A stretch of 32,000 nucleotides of DNA from Aliivibrio fischeri ES114. GTDB lineage: Bacteria; Pseudomonadota; Gammaproteobacteria; Enterobacterales; Vibrionaceae. The notes below the pieces were generated by a model that ran no database searches, had not been told where the DNA came from, and saw nothing but the letters and a program-made list of their open reading frames with translations. This document shows positions 9,512 through 18,412 of the stretch, piece by piece (positions within the stretch are counted from its first letter, which is position 1; every line of letters begins with the position of its first letter). The DNA is taken from assembly GCF_000011805.1 (NCBI RefSeq), contig NC_006840.2, one strand, 5' to 3'. A program made the position numbers and the translations under genes.

Positions 9512-11881
9512 ATGAAAAAAATAAATAAAATAACTCTGGCAATATTGAGTTCAATGCTTAGTGGCTATGTGTATGCATCAGATGTAATTCAAAAAACCAA
9601 TGTTGCTCCTGTTACTTCTGGTGGGCTATGTGAGAGTTTCAATGTTTATCCTGATTGGACTCGTGGAGATCATGCGACAAATGGTGACATTATGGTGCAT
9701 GAAAATATCGCTTATTCAGCAGTTTATTGGACACAAAGCATCCCAGGTAGTGATAGTTCGTGGGCTCTTCATTTAAATTGTGATGGTTCAGAGCCTGGCA
9801 CTGCACCTGTTCTTTCGCTACAAAACCCTCTTGATCCTATTCGTTTAGAAGTAGCGGGCTGGCCAAATACCTTCGTGGTGGCGAGTCCATCTACATTAGC
9901 ACCTGCGACTATAACCATTCAGGCAAGCAATAGTGATTCGTTAGCTGATGTTGATCAGTTAACAAGTGCATTTGTATCTATTATTGAACAAGCTGAGAAT
10001 GCAGGTGCGGCATCACTTATTATCAGTTCGGATGTGTTGGATCTTGCAACTCAAGATAAAGGCGAGTCTCTAGGTACTGTCGCTGTTAAACAAGCATTGA
10101 CTAATGCTATCAATATGACAAACAGCAATATTGATATTACAGCTATCAACGCATTATCTGATGATTTAAAAGGGTGGGCTCAAGCGCACAACTTAATCCT
10201 TAGCACTCTTGCACCTAATGCAAATTTTGGTTGGTCAGTGAGTATTGGTGATTTTGCATACGATACGCATTCTGGCCGTCAATCCGTGTGGGATAAAGCG
10301 TCAGTATTCAGCGCGGATCTACTAGCGACATTAGAGCTATACAAAGTAGATGCAATCAATAAAGCTGACTTTGTCGTGTTTACTAAATCAAGTACAACAG
10401 CGGCTCTAACAAGTGACCAATGGCACAATGCTTTAGAATATGTAAAACAAGTGTCTGATTATATTAAGGCTCCTGCGATGTTGGCTAACATGCCAACAAA
10501 CCAAGCCGCAGATTATTTTATGGGGAACTCGGTTAGTAAGCCTCAGTTACGTAAAGCGGCATTCAGTAACGTATTTGCACTAACATTTGATCAAGATAGC
10601 CAAGAACTAACCGCTAAGATTGAGCGTTATCAGAATGCGAAAATTCCATTGTACTATGTGGGCGAAGAGCTAGAGAAAGGATCGTTAACTCGTATTGAAG
10701 CTTTAAACCAACAATTAGCTGCTGCTGAAAATGCAATGGACAATGAAGCATTTTTGTATGAAACACCACAATCACAGTGGATCCCATCAACAGTATACAA
10801 GTGGAATGATTTCTTAGATGGCTTAAATGCAATGCACAACATTGGTGTTGCAGGCAATAAGTTCTGGTTAATGAACGATGAAGTTGATGATGAAACAAAC
10901 ATCAAATACGCGAAAGTAGCGATAGCCGCTTTCTTAGCACAAAGTATGCAAGAAACAATTCGCTACAATGCGTGTGATGAAAATAACTGGTCTGAAATTA
11001 AATATGGTGCACCAACTGATTACCCGATGACAGCGAGTTGTGGTCAACTTGGTCAGAAGTATGCGGATTACGGTGTGAACCCTGTTTCTGGGTTAGATTA
11101 TGCGTATTCATGTCCTCGTGATAATAAGATGGAAGTAAGTGCTTTAACTCATGCTAAATGGTATGGAGCACCTGCGCCTGTTTTCGCTGCTCCAGATGCG
11201 GTACTTGAAGAGCGAGGTTTATTGGTAAATGGCCATGCAGGTCGTTGGACAAATAACGGTCACTGTAATGAAGTCCCTGAAAAAGTAGATACGTCGAAAC
11301 AAGTATGGGAACGTGATGAGTGTAAAATCTACGTTGGCCAAAAAGCAGGTACGTTTATTTGGGATGGTAGCAGTCAAGAAAGTGTTGAAGGCTGTGGTTG
11401 GTGGGGGCGTGGAGTTATCCAAACAACGGGCCGTCAAAACTTCGGTACACTTAACCACTACTTAGGACGTTCACACGTTGATCCAGACACCATTGGTACA
11501 ACAATTGATGGTGTAACGGTAGAAGCGCCACCAGCAAATCCACTTTACGCAGAACTTGATTTTTGTTCAAACCCAGGTTTGATCTGTAGCTCTGAAGAGA
11601 GTAAAGAAATTAAGTGGATCGCAGGTCTGTTCTACTGGGTAACATCAGTACAAGCTTATAATGATGTAGGCGGTCAATATGCTGATTGGAACTACTATAA
11701 CGAGCTGAAAAAGTACGTAGATAGCGGCTTGCAAGGGACTCAATTTATAGATGATGTTTCTGGCATTGTAAACCGTGGTTGTCCTGATACGACGTGTTCA
11801 ACTGGTGATGTTCATAACATTAAAGAGCGTCAAGATAACTTCAAATTAGTATTACAAAAATTAGGTCTTAACCCACAATAA
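9512..11881 (+). CDS. Secreted chitinase-like protein: signal peptide + CBM5/12-type chitin-binding module + unknown ~370-aa region + C-terminal GH19 catalytic domain
   Basis: Signal peptide MKKINKITLAILSSMLSGYVYA. YPDWTRGDHATNGDIMVHENIAYSAVYWTQSIP fits the W..G..Y..GD.V.....Y.A..W CBM5/12 pattern. C-terminal AAFLAQSMQETIRYNACDENNW and WWGRGVIQTTGRQNFG match GH19 signatures (FLAQTSHETTGG; YYGRGPIQLSWNYNYG). Confidence 0.8.
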   Translation: MKKINKITLAILSSMLSGYVYASDVIQKTNVAPVTSGGLCESFNVYPDWTRGDHATNGDIMVHENIAYSAVYWTQSIPGSDSSWALHLNCDGSEPGTAPVLSLQNPLDPIRLEVAGWPNTFVVASPSTLAPATITIQASNSDSLADVDQLTSAFVSIIEQAENAGAASLIISSDVLDLATQDKGESLGTVAVKQALTNAINMTNSNIDITAINALSDDLKGWAQAHNLILSTLAPNANFGWSVSIGDFAYDTHSGRQSVWDKASVFSADLLATLELYKVDAINKADFVVFTKSSTTAALTSDQWHNALEYVKQVSDYIKAPAMLANMPTNQAADYFMGNSVSKPQLRKAAFSNVFALTFDQDSQELTAKIERYQNAKIPLYYVGEELEKGSLTRIEALNQQLAAAENAMDNEAFLYETPQSQWIPSTVYKWNDFLDGLNAMHNIGVAGNKFWLMNDEVDDETNIKYAKVAIAAFLAQSMQETIRYNACDENNWSEIKYGAPTDYPMTASCGQLGQKYADYGVNPVSGLDYAYSCPRDNKMEVSALTHAKWYGAPAPVFAAPDAVLEERGLLVNGHAGRWTNNGHCNEVPEKVDTSKQVWERDECKIYVGQKAGTFIWDGSSQESVEGCGWWGRGVIQTTGRQNFGTLNHYLGRSHVDPDTIGTTIDGVTVEAPPANPLYAELDFCSNPGLICSSEESKEIKWIAGLFYWVTSVQAYNDVGGQYADWNYYNELKKYVDSGLQGTQFIDDVSGIVNRGCPDTTCSTGDVHNIKERQDNFKLVLQKLGLNPQ

Positions 11882-11957
11882 ACCGTCAACCCTGTTTACT
11901 CATTGTTTTTAGCAGATGTTGAACGCTTAAGAAGTGAGAAGGGTAAGTACTAATATA

Positions 11958-11996
11958 CAAAAATCCCCATTAATAATGATTAATGGGGATTTTTTA
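11958..11996. terminator. Bidirectional rho-independent terminator (chitinase / CstA-family gene)
   Basis: Perfect 12-bp stem ATCCCCATTAAT (11963-11974) / ATTAATGGGGAT (11979-11990), flanked by an A-run and a T-run. Confidence 0.92.
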
Positions 11997-12009
11997 TTTA
12001 ACTTGATTA

Positions 12010-13476
12010 TTAAGATTGAAGGCTTTCTTCTTCAGAATCAACTTCGCCACTGTTTCTTGATTTAATAATTACAAGAGCTGCAATGGCTACCGCTGATACT
12101 ACACCTGTAATCGTTGATAGCGTCATTGGTAAACCAAAACCTAACTGACTGTTGTTTAGAATGAAAGTAATACAAACACTTGTCATAAATACTGCAGGAA
12201 CGGTTGTGATCCAGTGTAGTTTGTTATGACGAACTAGGTAAGCCGTTGCTGTCCAAAGCATCATTACCGCAGTCGTTTGGTTAGCAAAACCGAAGTAGCG
12301 CCAGATAATACCGAAATCTACTTGAGTTAGAATGCCACCGATAACAAACAGTGGTAGTGCCATTAATAGACGGTTACGTAATGTTTTTTGTTCCATGTTG
12401 AAGTATTCAGCAAGGATTAGACGGCTTGAACGGAATGCTGTGTCACCAGAAGTGATTGGTAGAATTACCACACCTAAGAAAGCAATGATGCCACCGAATG
12501 TACCTAATAGACCAAATGCAGAGCTGTATACCACATTACCTGGGCCACCGTTAGCAACCGCTGCTTGAAGTGCTTCCATACCATCAAAGAATGATAGAGC
12601 GATAGCACACCAGATAAGAGCGATAATACCTTCACCAATCATCGCACCGTAGAATACGAAACGACCGTTCTTTTCATTTTCCATACAACGAGCCATTAAT
12701 GGCGATTGTGTCGCGTGGAAGCCAGAGATAGCACCACAAGCAATGGTAATGAATAGCGCAGGCCATAATGGCAAATCATTAGGGTTCATGTTGGTGAACA
12801 TTTGACTTGGTTCGTAACCACCTAATACTGAATGGTCACTAGAAATCGCAATCGCTGAAATAAGACCAACAGACATGAAGATGAGTAGGCCACCAAAGAG
12901 TGGGTAGAAACGACCAATGATTTTATCTACAGGAACAATTGTCGCAATAATGTAGTAGGCGAAAATGATAACTACCATTGCTGTCATGGTAATGCCTAAA
13001 TTAAATTGGTCATTCATTAGGTTAGTTAACATGCTTGCAGGGGCTGATACGAAAACAACACCAACAAGAAGCAGCAGTACAATTGCAAATACATTCATAA
13101 AGTGTTTTGCGCCATTACCTAAGTATTTACCAGTAATACTTGGTACAGAAGCACCACCATTACGAACAGATAACATACCTGAGAAGTAATCGTGAACTGC
13201 ACCTGCAAAAACACAACCTAGCACAATCCATAACATAGCTGCAGGGCCGTAAAGGGCACCCATGATTGGGCCAAAAATTGGGCCGACACCTGCAATATTA
13301 AGAAGTTGAACTAAGTATACTTTTGGTGTCGACATTGGAACATAATCAACACCGTCTGTTTTTGTATGAGCGGGAGTTTGACGGTCTACTTTAATACCGA
13401 ATACTTTTTCTATAAAAGCACCATACAGAAAGTAACCACCGATAAGTGCTGCAACACAAGTTAAAAACCAAAGCAT
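12010..13476 (-). CDS. CstA-family transporter, short form (BtsT/BtsU-like candidate pyruvate transporter)
   Basis: 488-aa polytopic membrane protein. DGVDYVPMS...NIAGVGPIFGPIMGA...GAVHDY and LFITIACGAISGFHA match E. coli CstA (DGLDYVPTD...AIAGAGPLVGPVLAA...GAVQDF; LFITIACGAVSGFHA). Lies directly downstream of btsSR with LytTR-type boxes in its promoter. RBS AAGGA. Confidence 0.88.
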   Translation of the reverse strand: MLWFLTCVAALIGGYFLYGAFIEKVFGIKVDRQTPAHTKTDGVDYVPMSTPKVYLVQLLNIAGVGPIFGPIMGALYGPAAMLWIVLGCVFAGAVHDYFSGMLSVRNGGASVPSITGKYLGNGAKHFMNVFAIVLLLLVGVVFVSAPASMLTNLMNDQFNLGITMTAMVVIIFAYYIIATIVPVDKIIGRFYPLFGGLLIFMSVGLISAIAISSDHSVLGGYEPSQMFTNMNPNDLPLWPALFITIACGAISGFHATQSPLMARCMENEKNGRFVFYGAMIGEGIIALIWCAIALSFFDGMEALQAAVANGGPGNVVYSSAFGLLGTFGGIIAFLGVVILPITSGDTAFRSSRLILAEYFNMEQKTLRNRLLMALPLFVIGGILTQVDFGIIWRYFGFANQTTAVMMLWTATAYLVRHNKLHWITTVPAVFMTSVCITFILNNSQLGFGLPMTLSTITGVVSAVAIAALVIIKSRNSGEVDSEEESLQS

Positions 13477-13569
13477 AATCTATTCCTTGTAAGAGTTAGC
13501 TAAGTAAATTTTATAATTAGATGCTGCGTATAATACTGTTGGGCGTAAAGAGTTCACGCCCAAAAAAGG

Positions 13570-13618
13570 TGAGTGGTTGTGTTTTGCTAGTGAGTGGTTT
13601 TATATCAGATTAAGTGGT
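13570..13618 (-). promoter_or_regulatory. Predicted BtsR (LytTR) operator: three direct repeats ACCACT(C/T)A
   Basis: The minus strand reads ACCACTTA-N12-ACCACTCA-N13-ACCACTCA (plus-strand TGAGTGGT at 13570-13577 and 13591-13598, TAAGTGGT at 13611-13618). It lies 94 nt upstream of the transporter ATG. As I recall, the E. coli YehT/BtsR site is a direct repeat ACC[G/T]CT[C/T]A with a 13-bp spacer. Confidence 0.65.
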
Positions 13619-13634
13619 TTTGATGATATTCACA
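13619..13634. promoter_or_regulatory. CRP-like site abutting the BtsR boxes
   Basis: The minus strand reads TGTGA-ATATCA-TCAAA (consensus TGTGA-N6-TCACA, 9/10). It sits immediately upstream of box 3 and just after the btsR stop codon. Confidence 0.35.
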
Positions 13635-13636
13635 CA

Positions 13637-14353
13637 TCAATGATGGATACCTAAACGCTCTTTTATTTCTTTAAGGTAACGGCGACTAACTTGAGCGATA
13701 TGGCCATTTTGAGTGACAATTTCGCTGGTTCCATTTTCATGCAATTTAATCTCACGAATAAAATGTGGATTGATTAAAAATTGGCGATGGCAGCGAATTA
13801 AAGGGGTCTTTTCTTCAAGTACTTTTAAAGTAAGTTGCGTGCAGGCTTTTTCAGTTTTAGACAATAATTCAACACCAGAGGCTTGAATGCTTGCCACTTC
13901 GATTTCATTAGATGGAAGAAGTAGAATACGGTTATGACCAGAACAAGGGATGAGATCGATATCTGGTTGGCTAAGCGGAGTTAAATCTTGTTTCTTGTCT
14001 GCTTGAATTAAACGCTTAATGGTTTTTTGTAATCGTGCTGGTTCTATTGGTTTTAATAGATAATCAAACGCATTGTCTTCAAACGCTTTAACTGCAAATT
14101 CATCGTAAGCGGTGACAAACACAATGTTCGGCATGGTTTCAGGATCAAGCATGCTGATCAATTCCATTCCAGTAATTCTGGGCATTTGAATATCTAAGAA
14201 GACAACATCAGGTTTTAAGATATTAATTTGTTTTAAGCCATCAATGGCATTACCGCATTCGGCAATAATATCAATATGCCCAATTTCGTTTAATTGTTCT
14301 ATTAATTCTTCTCTAGCAAAGAGTTCATCATCTATTACGATGGCTTTAAGCAT
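13637..14353 (-). CDS. btsR: LytTR-family two-component response regulator BtsR (YehT)
   Basis: 238 aa. The receiver domain (VVFLDIQMPRITGMELISMLDPE...FVTAYDEFAVKAFEDNAFDYLLKPIE) and LytTR domain (LIRCHRQFLINPHFIREI...VSRRYLKEIKERLG) are collinear with E. coli YehT. Its start overlaps the btsS stop by 8 nt. Confidence 0.9.
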   Translation of the reverse strand: MLKAIVIDDELFAREELIEQLNEIGHIDIIAECGNAIDGLKQINILKPDVVFLDIQMPRITGMELISMLDPETMPNIVFVTAYDEFAVKAFEDNAFDYLLKPIEPARLQKTIKRLIQADKKQDLTPLSQPDIDLIPCSGHNRILLLPSNEIEVASIQASGVELLSKTEKACTQLTLKVLEEKTPLIRCHRQFLINPHFIREIKLHENGTSEIVTQNGHIAQVSRRYLKEIKERLGIHH

Positions 14354-16028
14354 GGTTTTTATTCTCTATTGGTAGGTGAATCGTTGCTTTTGTTTGTTGA
14401 TTACTAATACAGCTCATGGTTAAGCCAAAATTATCACCAAACTGGTTCTTTAAACGTTTGTCGACAATGGTGGTACCTAAACCATTATTTGAGTTTTGTT
14501 CAGTATATAACCCTGCATTGTCAATGACTTCTAAAATAATTTGATGATGTGAAGGGTAGGCTTTTATTGTTATTTCACCCGCTTCAAATAAGTTAGATGT
14601 TCCATGTTTAATGGCGTTTTCGACAAGAGGTTGCAAGGTAAATGTAGGCAATTTCAAACCGTATAGACTTTCATCAATATCCATATGTACGGTTAAACGA
14701 TCGGCGAAACGAGCTAACTCAATTTCTAAATAAGATTGTACATGATGCAGTTCTTCTCTTAAGGTGACTTGTTCAATGTTCTGTTTCAAGTTCATGCGGA
14801 AAAATTGCGATAAATGCTGAATCAGTTCTCTTGCGCGAGTTGGATCACGGCGGATCACTGCACTAATAGTATTTAGTGCATTAAATAAAAAATGTGGGTT
14901 TACTTGGGCTTGAAGTACACGAAGTTCCGCTTGAGTAAGTAAAGATTGTTGTTGTAAATAACGTCCCGTTAAGATCTGGTTTGAGAGTAATTTAGCGATA
15001 CCTTCGCCTAATGTTAGATTGATATAAGAAAATAGTTTCCGTTTTGGTTCGTACAGCTTAATGGTGCCAATTACCTCATTATTTGCGCCGATAAGTGGAA
15101 TAACAAGTGCCGATCCTAGTTTACATTTTTCACAAATAGAACATTGGTAAGGGTGTTCATCACCGTCAATGTACATAACTTTGCTACGTTTAATCGCTTT
15201 TTTTGTGTAGTCAGAAGCGATTGGTGTATCGGGTAAGTGGTGGTCATCACCAATACCGATAAAGGCTAAAATTTTCTCTCTATCAGTAATTGAAACCGCA
15301 CCAACACCAGTTTCTTCATAGATGATTTTCGCTATTTGTTTGCTGTTTTCTTGGTTGAAGCCTTGGCTTAAAATCCCAACCGAACGTTGGGCAATATTGA
15401 GTGCTTTATTTGAGAAGGCTGCGGAGTATTTTTCGTAAATGGCTTTTCTATCTTGAATGATACTCATAAACATAGCTGCGCCAATAGAGTTAGCGACTAC
15501 CATTGGTAATACAATCGATGAGACAAGTGCATAAGCTTGGTCAAAAGGTTTTGCTACTGCCAAAATAATTGTCATTTGAAGTAATTCAGCAATGAAGGCA
15601 ATCATTAATACAGTTCGAGGTCTAAATAATTGTTCAATCTGGTTTTTTCTAACAAAATAAAGATGAAATAAACCACCAAGTAAGCCTTCAGCTGTAGTTG
15701 ATATTGCACAGGCAAGATCGGTAAAGCCACCCATGGAATAACGGTGTAGCCCTCCGGTTAAACCAACAAAGAATCCAACAAATGGTCCCCCTAAAACGCC
15801 ACCCATTACTGCACCAATAGCTCGTGTATTTGCAATGGCATCTTGAATAGAGAGCCCGAAATAGGTTCCTAAAATACAGAAGCCAGAAAAAATGATGTAA
15901 CAAAGAAAACGGTGACTCCAACGAGCAGAAATCGTTGTAATTGGTAAGAAGAGAGGGGTTTTACTCAATAGGTAAGCAAGAACCAGATAGACACTTAATT
16001 GTTGTAATAACGAAAACACCAATTCCAT
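14346..16028 (-). CDS. btsS: LytS-type sensor histidine kinase BtsS (YehU)
   Basis: 560 aa. The N-terminal 5TMR-LYT region (LLQQLSVYLVLAYLLSKTPLF...ANTRAIGAVMGGVLGGPFVG...GGLHRYSMGG) is nearly collinear with E. coli YehU. It is followed by GAF-like, His_kinase (NPHFLFNALN) and HATPase (VENAIKHG) regions. Confidence 0.9.
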   Translation of the reverse strand: MELVFSLLQQLSVYLVLAYLLSKTPLFLPITTISARWSHRFLCYIIFSGFCILGTYFGLSIQDAIANTRAIGAVMGGVLGGPFVGFFVGLTGGLHRYSMGGFTDLACAISTTAEGLLGGLFHLYFVRKNQIEQLFRPRTVLMIAFIAELLQMTIILAVAKPFDQAYALVSSIVLPMVVANSIGAAMFMSIIQDRKAIYEKYSAAFSNKALNIAQRSVGILSQGFNQENSKQIAKIIYEETGVGAVSITDREKILAFIGIGDDHHLPDTPIASDYTKKAIKRSKVMYIDGDEHPYQCSICEKCKLGSALVIPLIGANNEVIGTIKLYEPKRKLFSYINLTLGEGIAKLLSNQILTGRYLQQQSLLTQAELRVLQAQVNPHFLFNALNTISAVIRRDPTRARELIQHLSQFFRMNLKQNIEQVTLREELHHVQSYLEIELARFADRLTVHMDIDESLYGLKLPTFTLQPLVENAIKHGTSNLFEAGEITIKAYPSHHQIILEVIDNAGLYTEQNSNNGLGTTIVDKRLKNQFGDNFGLTMSCISNQQTKATIHLPIENKNHA

Positions 16029-16190
16029 TGGTTTACCTATTAAAATAATGACTGAGACTATAGTGTAATCGTAAATTAATGGTGAGTCTAAGTAAGCAAG
16101 TTATATAAGTTAATCTTGTTAATGGTTTGTGTAAAACGACTTATTTATGAGACTTATATAAATGCAATGTAAGATTTCATAAATGATGGT

Positions 16191-16206
16191 TGTGATCTTC
16201 ATCACC
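16191..16206. promoter_or_regulatory. Candidate cAMP-CRP binding site upstream of satP
   Basis: TGTGA-TCTTCA-TCACC (consensus TGTGA-N6-TCACA, 9/10). It is centred ~76 nt upstream of the satP ATG, with TTTAAT (16242-16247) as a possible -10. Confidence 0.45.
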
Positions 16207-16274
16207 CGGAAATAAACTGCGCGCCTAAACCTAAACACCTTTTTAATTTTTACACTTTTTTTTGAGGCTTCGGC

Positions 16275-16862
16275 ATGTCAAACAAACTTGCAAACCCTGC
16301 ACCATTAGGCCTAATGGCTTTTGGTATGACAACTGTACTACTTAACCTGCACAACGCTGGTTTCTTCCCATTAAACACAGCTATTTTAGCTATGGGTATC
16401 TTCTATGGTGGTACTGCGCAAGTAATTGCTGGCATCATGGAATACAAAAAAGGTAACACATTTGGTACGACTGCATTTACTTCGTACGGTTTCTTCTGGT
16501 TATCTTTAGTTGCACTTATCCTTATGCCTGAAATGGGTCTAGGTCAAGCTACTTCAGCTACATTCATGGGTTGGTACCTATCTATGTGGGGTGTACTAAC
16601 ATTCTTCTTGTTCTTAGGTACATTTAACTACCCACGCGCAAAACAAGTTGTATTTGCAAGCCTAACAATTCTATTTGCATTACTTGCAGCTCGTGATTTC
16701 ACTGGTAGCGTAGTAATTGGCCACTTAGCTGGTTATGTTGGTCTTTTCTGTGGCCTAAGTGCAATGTACTTCTCTATGGCTCAAGTAATTAACGGTGAGT
16801 ACGGCCGTACTGTACTACCTGTTGGTGAAGTAAAAGCTAAAGCAGAAACAGTAACTGCATAA
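16275..16862 (+). CDS. satP: Succinate-acetate/proton symporter SatP (GPR1/FUN34/YaaH family)
   Basis: [26 protein letters not shown]...GIFYGG.AQ...[18 protein letters not shown] is almost identical to E. coli SatP. 195 aa, six TM helices, RBS GAGG. Confidence 0.92.
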   Translation: MSNKLANPAPLGLMAFGMTTVLLNLHNAGFFPLNTAILAMGIFYGGTAQVIAGIMEYKKGNTFGTTAFTSYGFFWLSLVALILMPEMGLGQATSATFMGWYLSMWGVLTFFLFLGTFNYPRAKQVVFASLTILFALLAARDFTGSVVIGHLAGYVGLFCGLSAMYFSMAQVINGEYGRTVLPVGEVKAKAETVTA

Positions 16863-16877
16863 GTTTTAAGTTTCCAT

Positions 16878-16911
16878 GAAAAAGGCAGCTCATAAAAGAG
16901 CTGCCTTTTTT
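16878..16911. terminator. Bidirectional rho-independent terminator (satP / small minus-strand ORF)
   Basis: AAAAAGGCAGCTC (16879-16891) pairs with GAGCTGCCTTTTT (16898-16910). Confidence 0.9.
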
Positions 16912-16929
16912 GTGTCTGTAAGAAATTGC

Positions 16930-17091
16930 TTACTTGTCTAAAGACATTAATGCTTCTTGTGTTTCCATAATTTGTTGCTGTAAATCATTAGAAGAGGAAA
17001 TACCTAATTGTTCTTTTGCTTCTTCTTTTGATATTCCTAGGTGGCAACAAAGCATATCAATTGCCATCAAATGAGTTTCTTGCTCAGCCAT
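16930..17091 (-). CDS. Unannotated small ORF (53 aa), hypothetical acidic helical protein
   Basis: Not in the ORF track because it is under 60 aa. ATG at 17091-17089 is preceded by AAGGA with a 6-nt spacer. Translation: MAEQETHLMAIDMLCCHLGISKEEAKEQLGISSSNDLQQQIMETQEALMSLDK. The TAA stop lies 18 nt from a bidirectional terminator. No homolog recognised by eye. Confidence 0.45.
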   Translation of the reverse strand: MAEQETHLMAIDMLCCHLGISKEEAKEQLGISSSNDLQQQIMETQEALMSLDK

Positions 17092-17403
17092 GTCATGTCC
17101 TTGATTTTTTCGTCTATCATTGAATTAGTCACTAAAGTAAAACCAATTGCAGGTGATGACAATACGACCAAAGTCTAAGACTCTTGATTGATGATTTTTA
17201 TTTGTCGAAGGAAAAAGTCATGAGTAAAGGTAAATAAGCACAAAGAAAGTGTATCAAAGTGCGTCAAACCCTTGTATTTATAGAAAATGACATTATCTTA
17301 TCGTTATGCCTGATTTATCGTGCTAGAAACGATAATCAGGGGTCTGCTCAACAAGACGATATACAAAAAATGAGCAGGTTGAATTAATTATTGGAGTAAA
17401 GAA

Positions 17404-18279
17404 ATGAAGCGTATAGCGCTGTTTTTAGCAACAAACTTAGCGGTAATGATTGTATTCAGTATTGTTCTGAATATCGTTTACGCGGTTACGGGGATCCAAC
17501 AAGGTAGTTTATCTGGCTTATTGGTAATGGCAGTATTGTTTGGTTTTGGTGGTTCATTAATTTCTTTAATGATGTCGAAATCAATGGCACTACGTTCTGT
17601 GGGCGGCGAAGTAATTGAACAGCCTCGCAATGAAACAGAACATTGGTTATTAGAAACGGTTTCTCGTCAAGCTCAACAGGTTGGTATTGGTATGCCAACG
17701 GTTGCTATTTACGATTCACCAGACATGAACGCATTTGCTACTGGTGCAAAGCGTGATGATTCATTGGTGGCTGTTTCTACAGGTTTATTGCACAGCATGA
17801 CTCGCGATGAAGCTGAAGCGGTATTAGCGCACGAAGTTAGCCACATTGCGAATGGTGATATGATCACGATGACGTTAATGCAAGGTGTTGTGAATACCTT
17901 TGTTATTTTCTTATCTCGTATGATTGCTAATGCGGTAAGTGGCTTTACATCAAGCGATGAAGAGGGCGAAGGTGAAGGCGGAAGCTTCATGACGTACTTC
18001 ATTGTGTCTACTGTACTTGAATTAGCGTTTGGCTTCTTAGCAAGCTTCCTAACGATGTGGTTTAGCCGTCACCGTGAATTCCATGCGGATGCGGGTGCTG
18101 CTCAGTTAGTTGGTAAACAAAAAATGATTGCAGCTCTTGAACGTTTACGTATGGGGCAGGAGTCTCAGCTAGAAGGTTCTATGATGGCATTTGGTATCAA
18201 CGGTAAAAAATCGTTAACCGAATTGTTGATGAGCCACCCACCTCTAGAGAAACGTATTGACGCTCTTCGTCAAATGTAA
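17404..18279 (+). CDS. htpX: Membrane zinc metalloprotease HtpX (M48 family, heat-shock/envelope-stress protease)
   Basis: [19 protein letters not shown], the [10 protein letters not shown] zinc motif, the FHADAGAA region and 291 aa are all collinear with E. coli HtpX. RBS GGAG. Confidence 0.95.
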   Translation: MKRIALFLATNLAVMIVFSIVLNIVYAVTGIQQGSLSGLLVMAVLFGFGGSLISLMMSKSMALRSVGGEVIEQPRNETEHWLLETVSRQAQQVGIGMPTVAIYDSPDMNAFATGAKRDDSLVAVSTGLLHSMTRDEAEAVLAHEVSHIANGDMITMTLMQGVVNTFVIFLSRMIANAVSGFTSSDEEGEGEGGSFMTYFIVSTVLELAFGFLASFLTMWFSRHREFHADAGAAQLVGKQKMIAALERLRMGQESQLEGSMMAFGINGKKSLTELLMSHPPLEKRIDALRQM

Positions 18280-18294
18280 TCTTTAATTTAAAGA

Positions 18295-18324
18295 TAAAAA
18301 CCCGAGGCTTTCTCGGGTTTTTTT
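18295..18324 (+). terminator. Rho-independent terminator after htpX
   Basis: CCCGAG (18301-18306) pairs with CTCGGG (18312-18317), followed by a T7 run. Confidence 0.88.
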
Positions 18325-18412
18325 ATATGTATAGATCACATAAATCTTTTACCAAAGATGATTACAAGTTATAGTCTGCACCTAATTTAAATTAATACAT
18401 TTAGGATCTACC

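Noticed and set aside
10614-11458. Three minus-strand ORFs (94, 83, 79 aa) inside the chitinase-like gene
   Set aside because: They are antisense to a long CDS with recognisable CBM and GH19 motifs. Their composition is His/Leu/Cys-rich noise, and they have no RBS.
12332-13189. Plus-strand ORFs (78 and 74 aa) inside the CstA-family gene
   Set aside because: They are antisense to a strongly conserved membrane-protein CDS.
15688-15921. 77-aa minus-strand ORF in an alternative frame of btsS
   Set aside because: It is a same-strand out-of-frame overlap with the conserved 5TMR-LYT region of BtsS. Its Trp/Cys/Phe-rich translation is typical of a shifted frame.
17269-17300. Possible sigma32 promoter for htpX (CCCTTGTAT ... 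CATTATCT)
   Set aside because: The -35-like CTTGTAT is acceptable, but the -10 region lacks the CCCCAT core. This is not convincing without TSS data.
17486-18002. Two minus-strand ORFs (70 and 97 aa) inside htpX
   Set aside because: They are antisense to a near-identical HtpX homolog.
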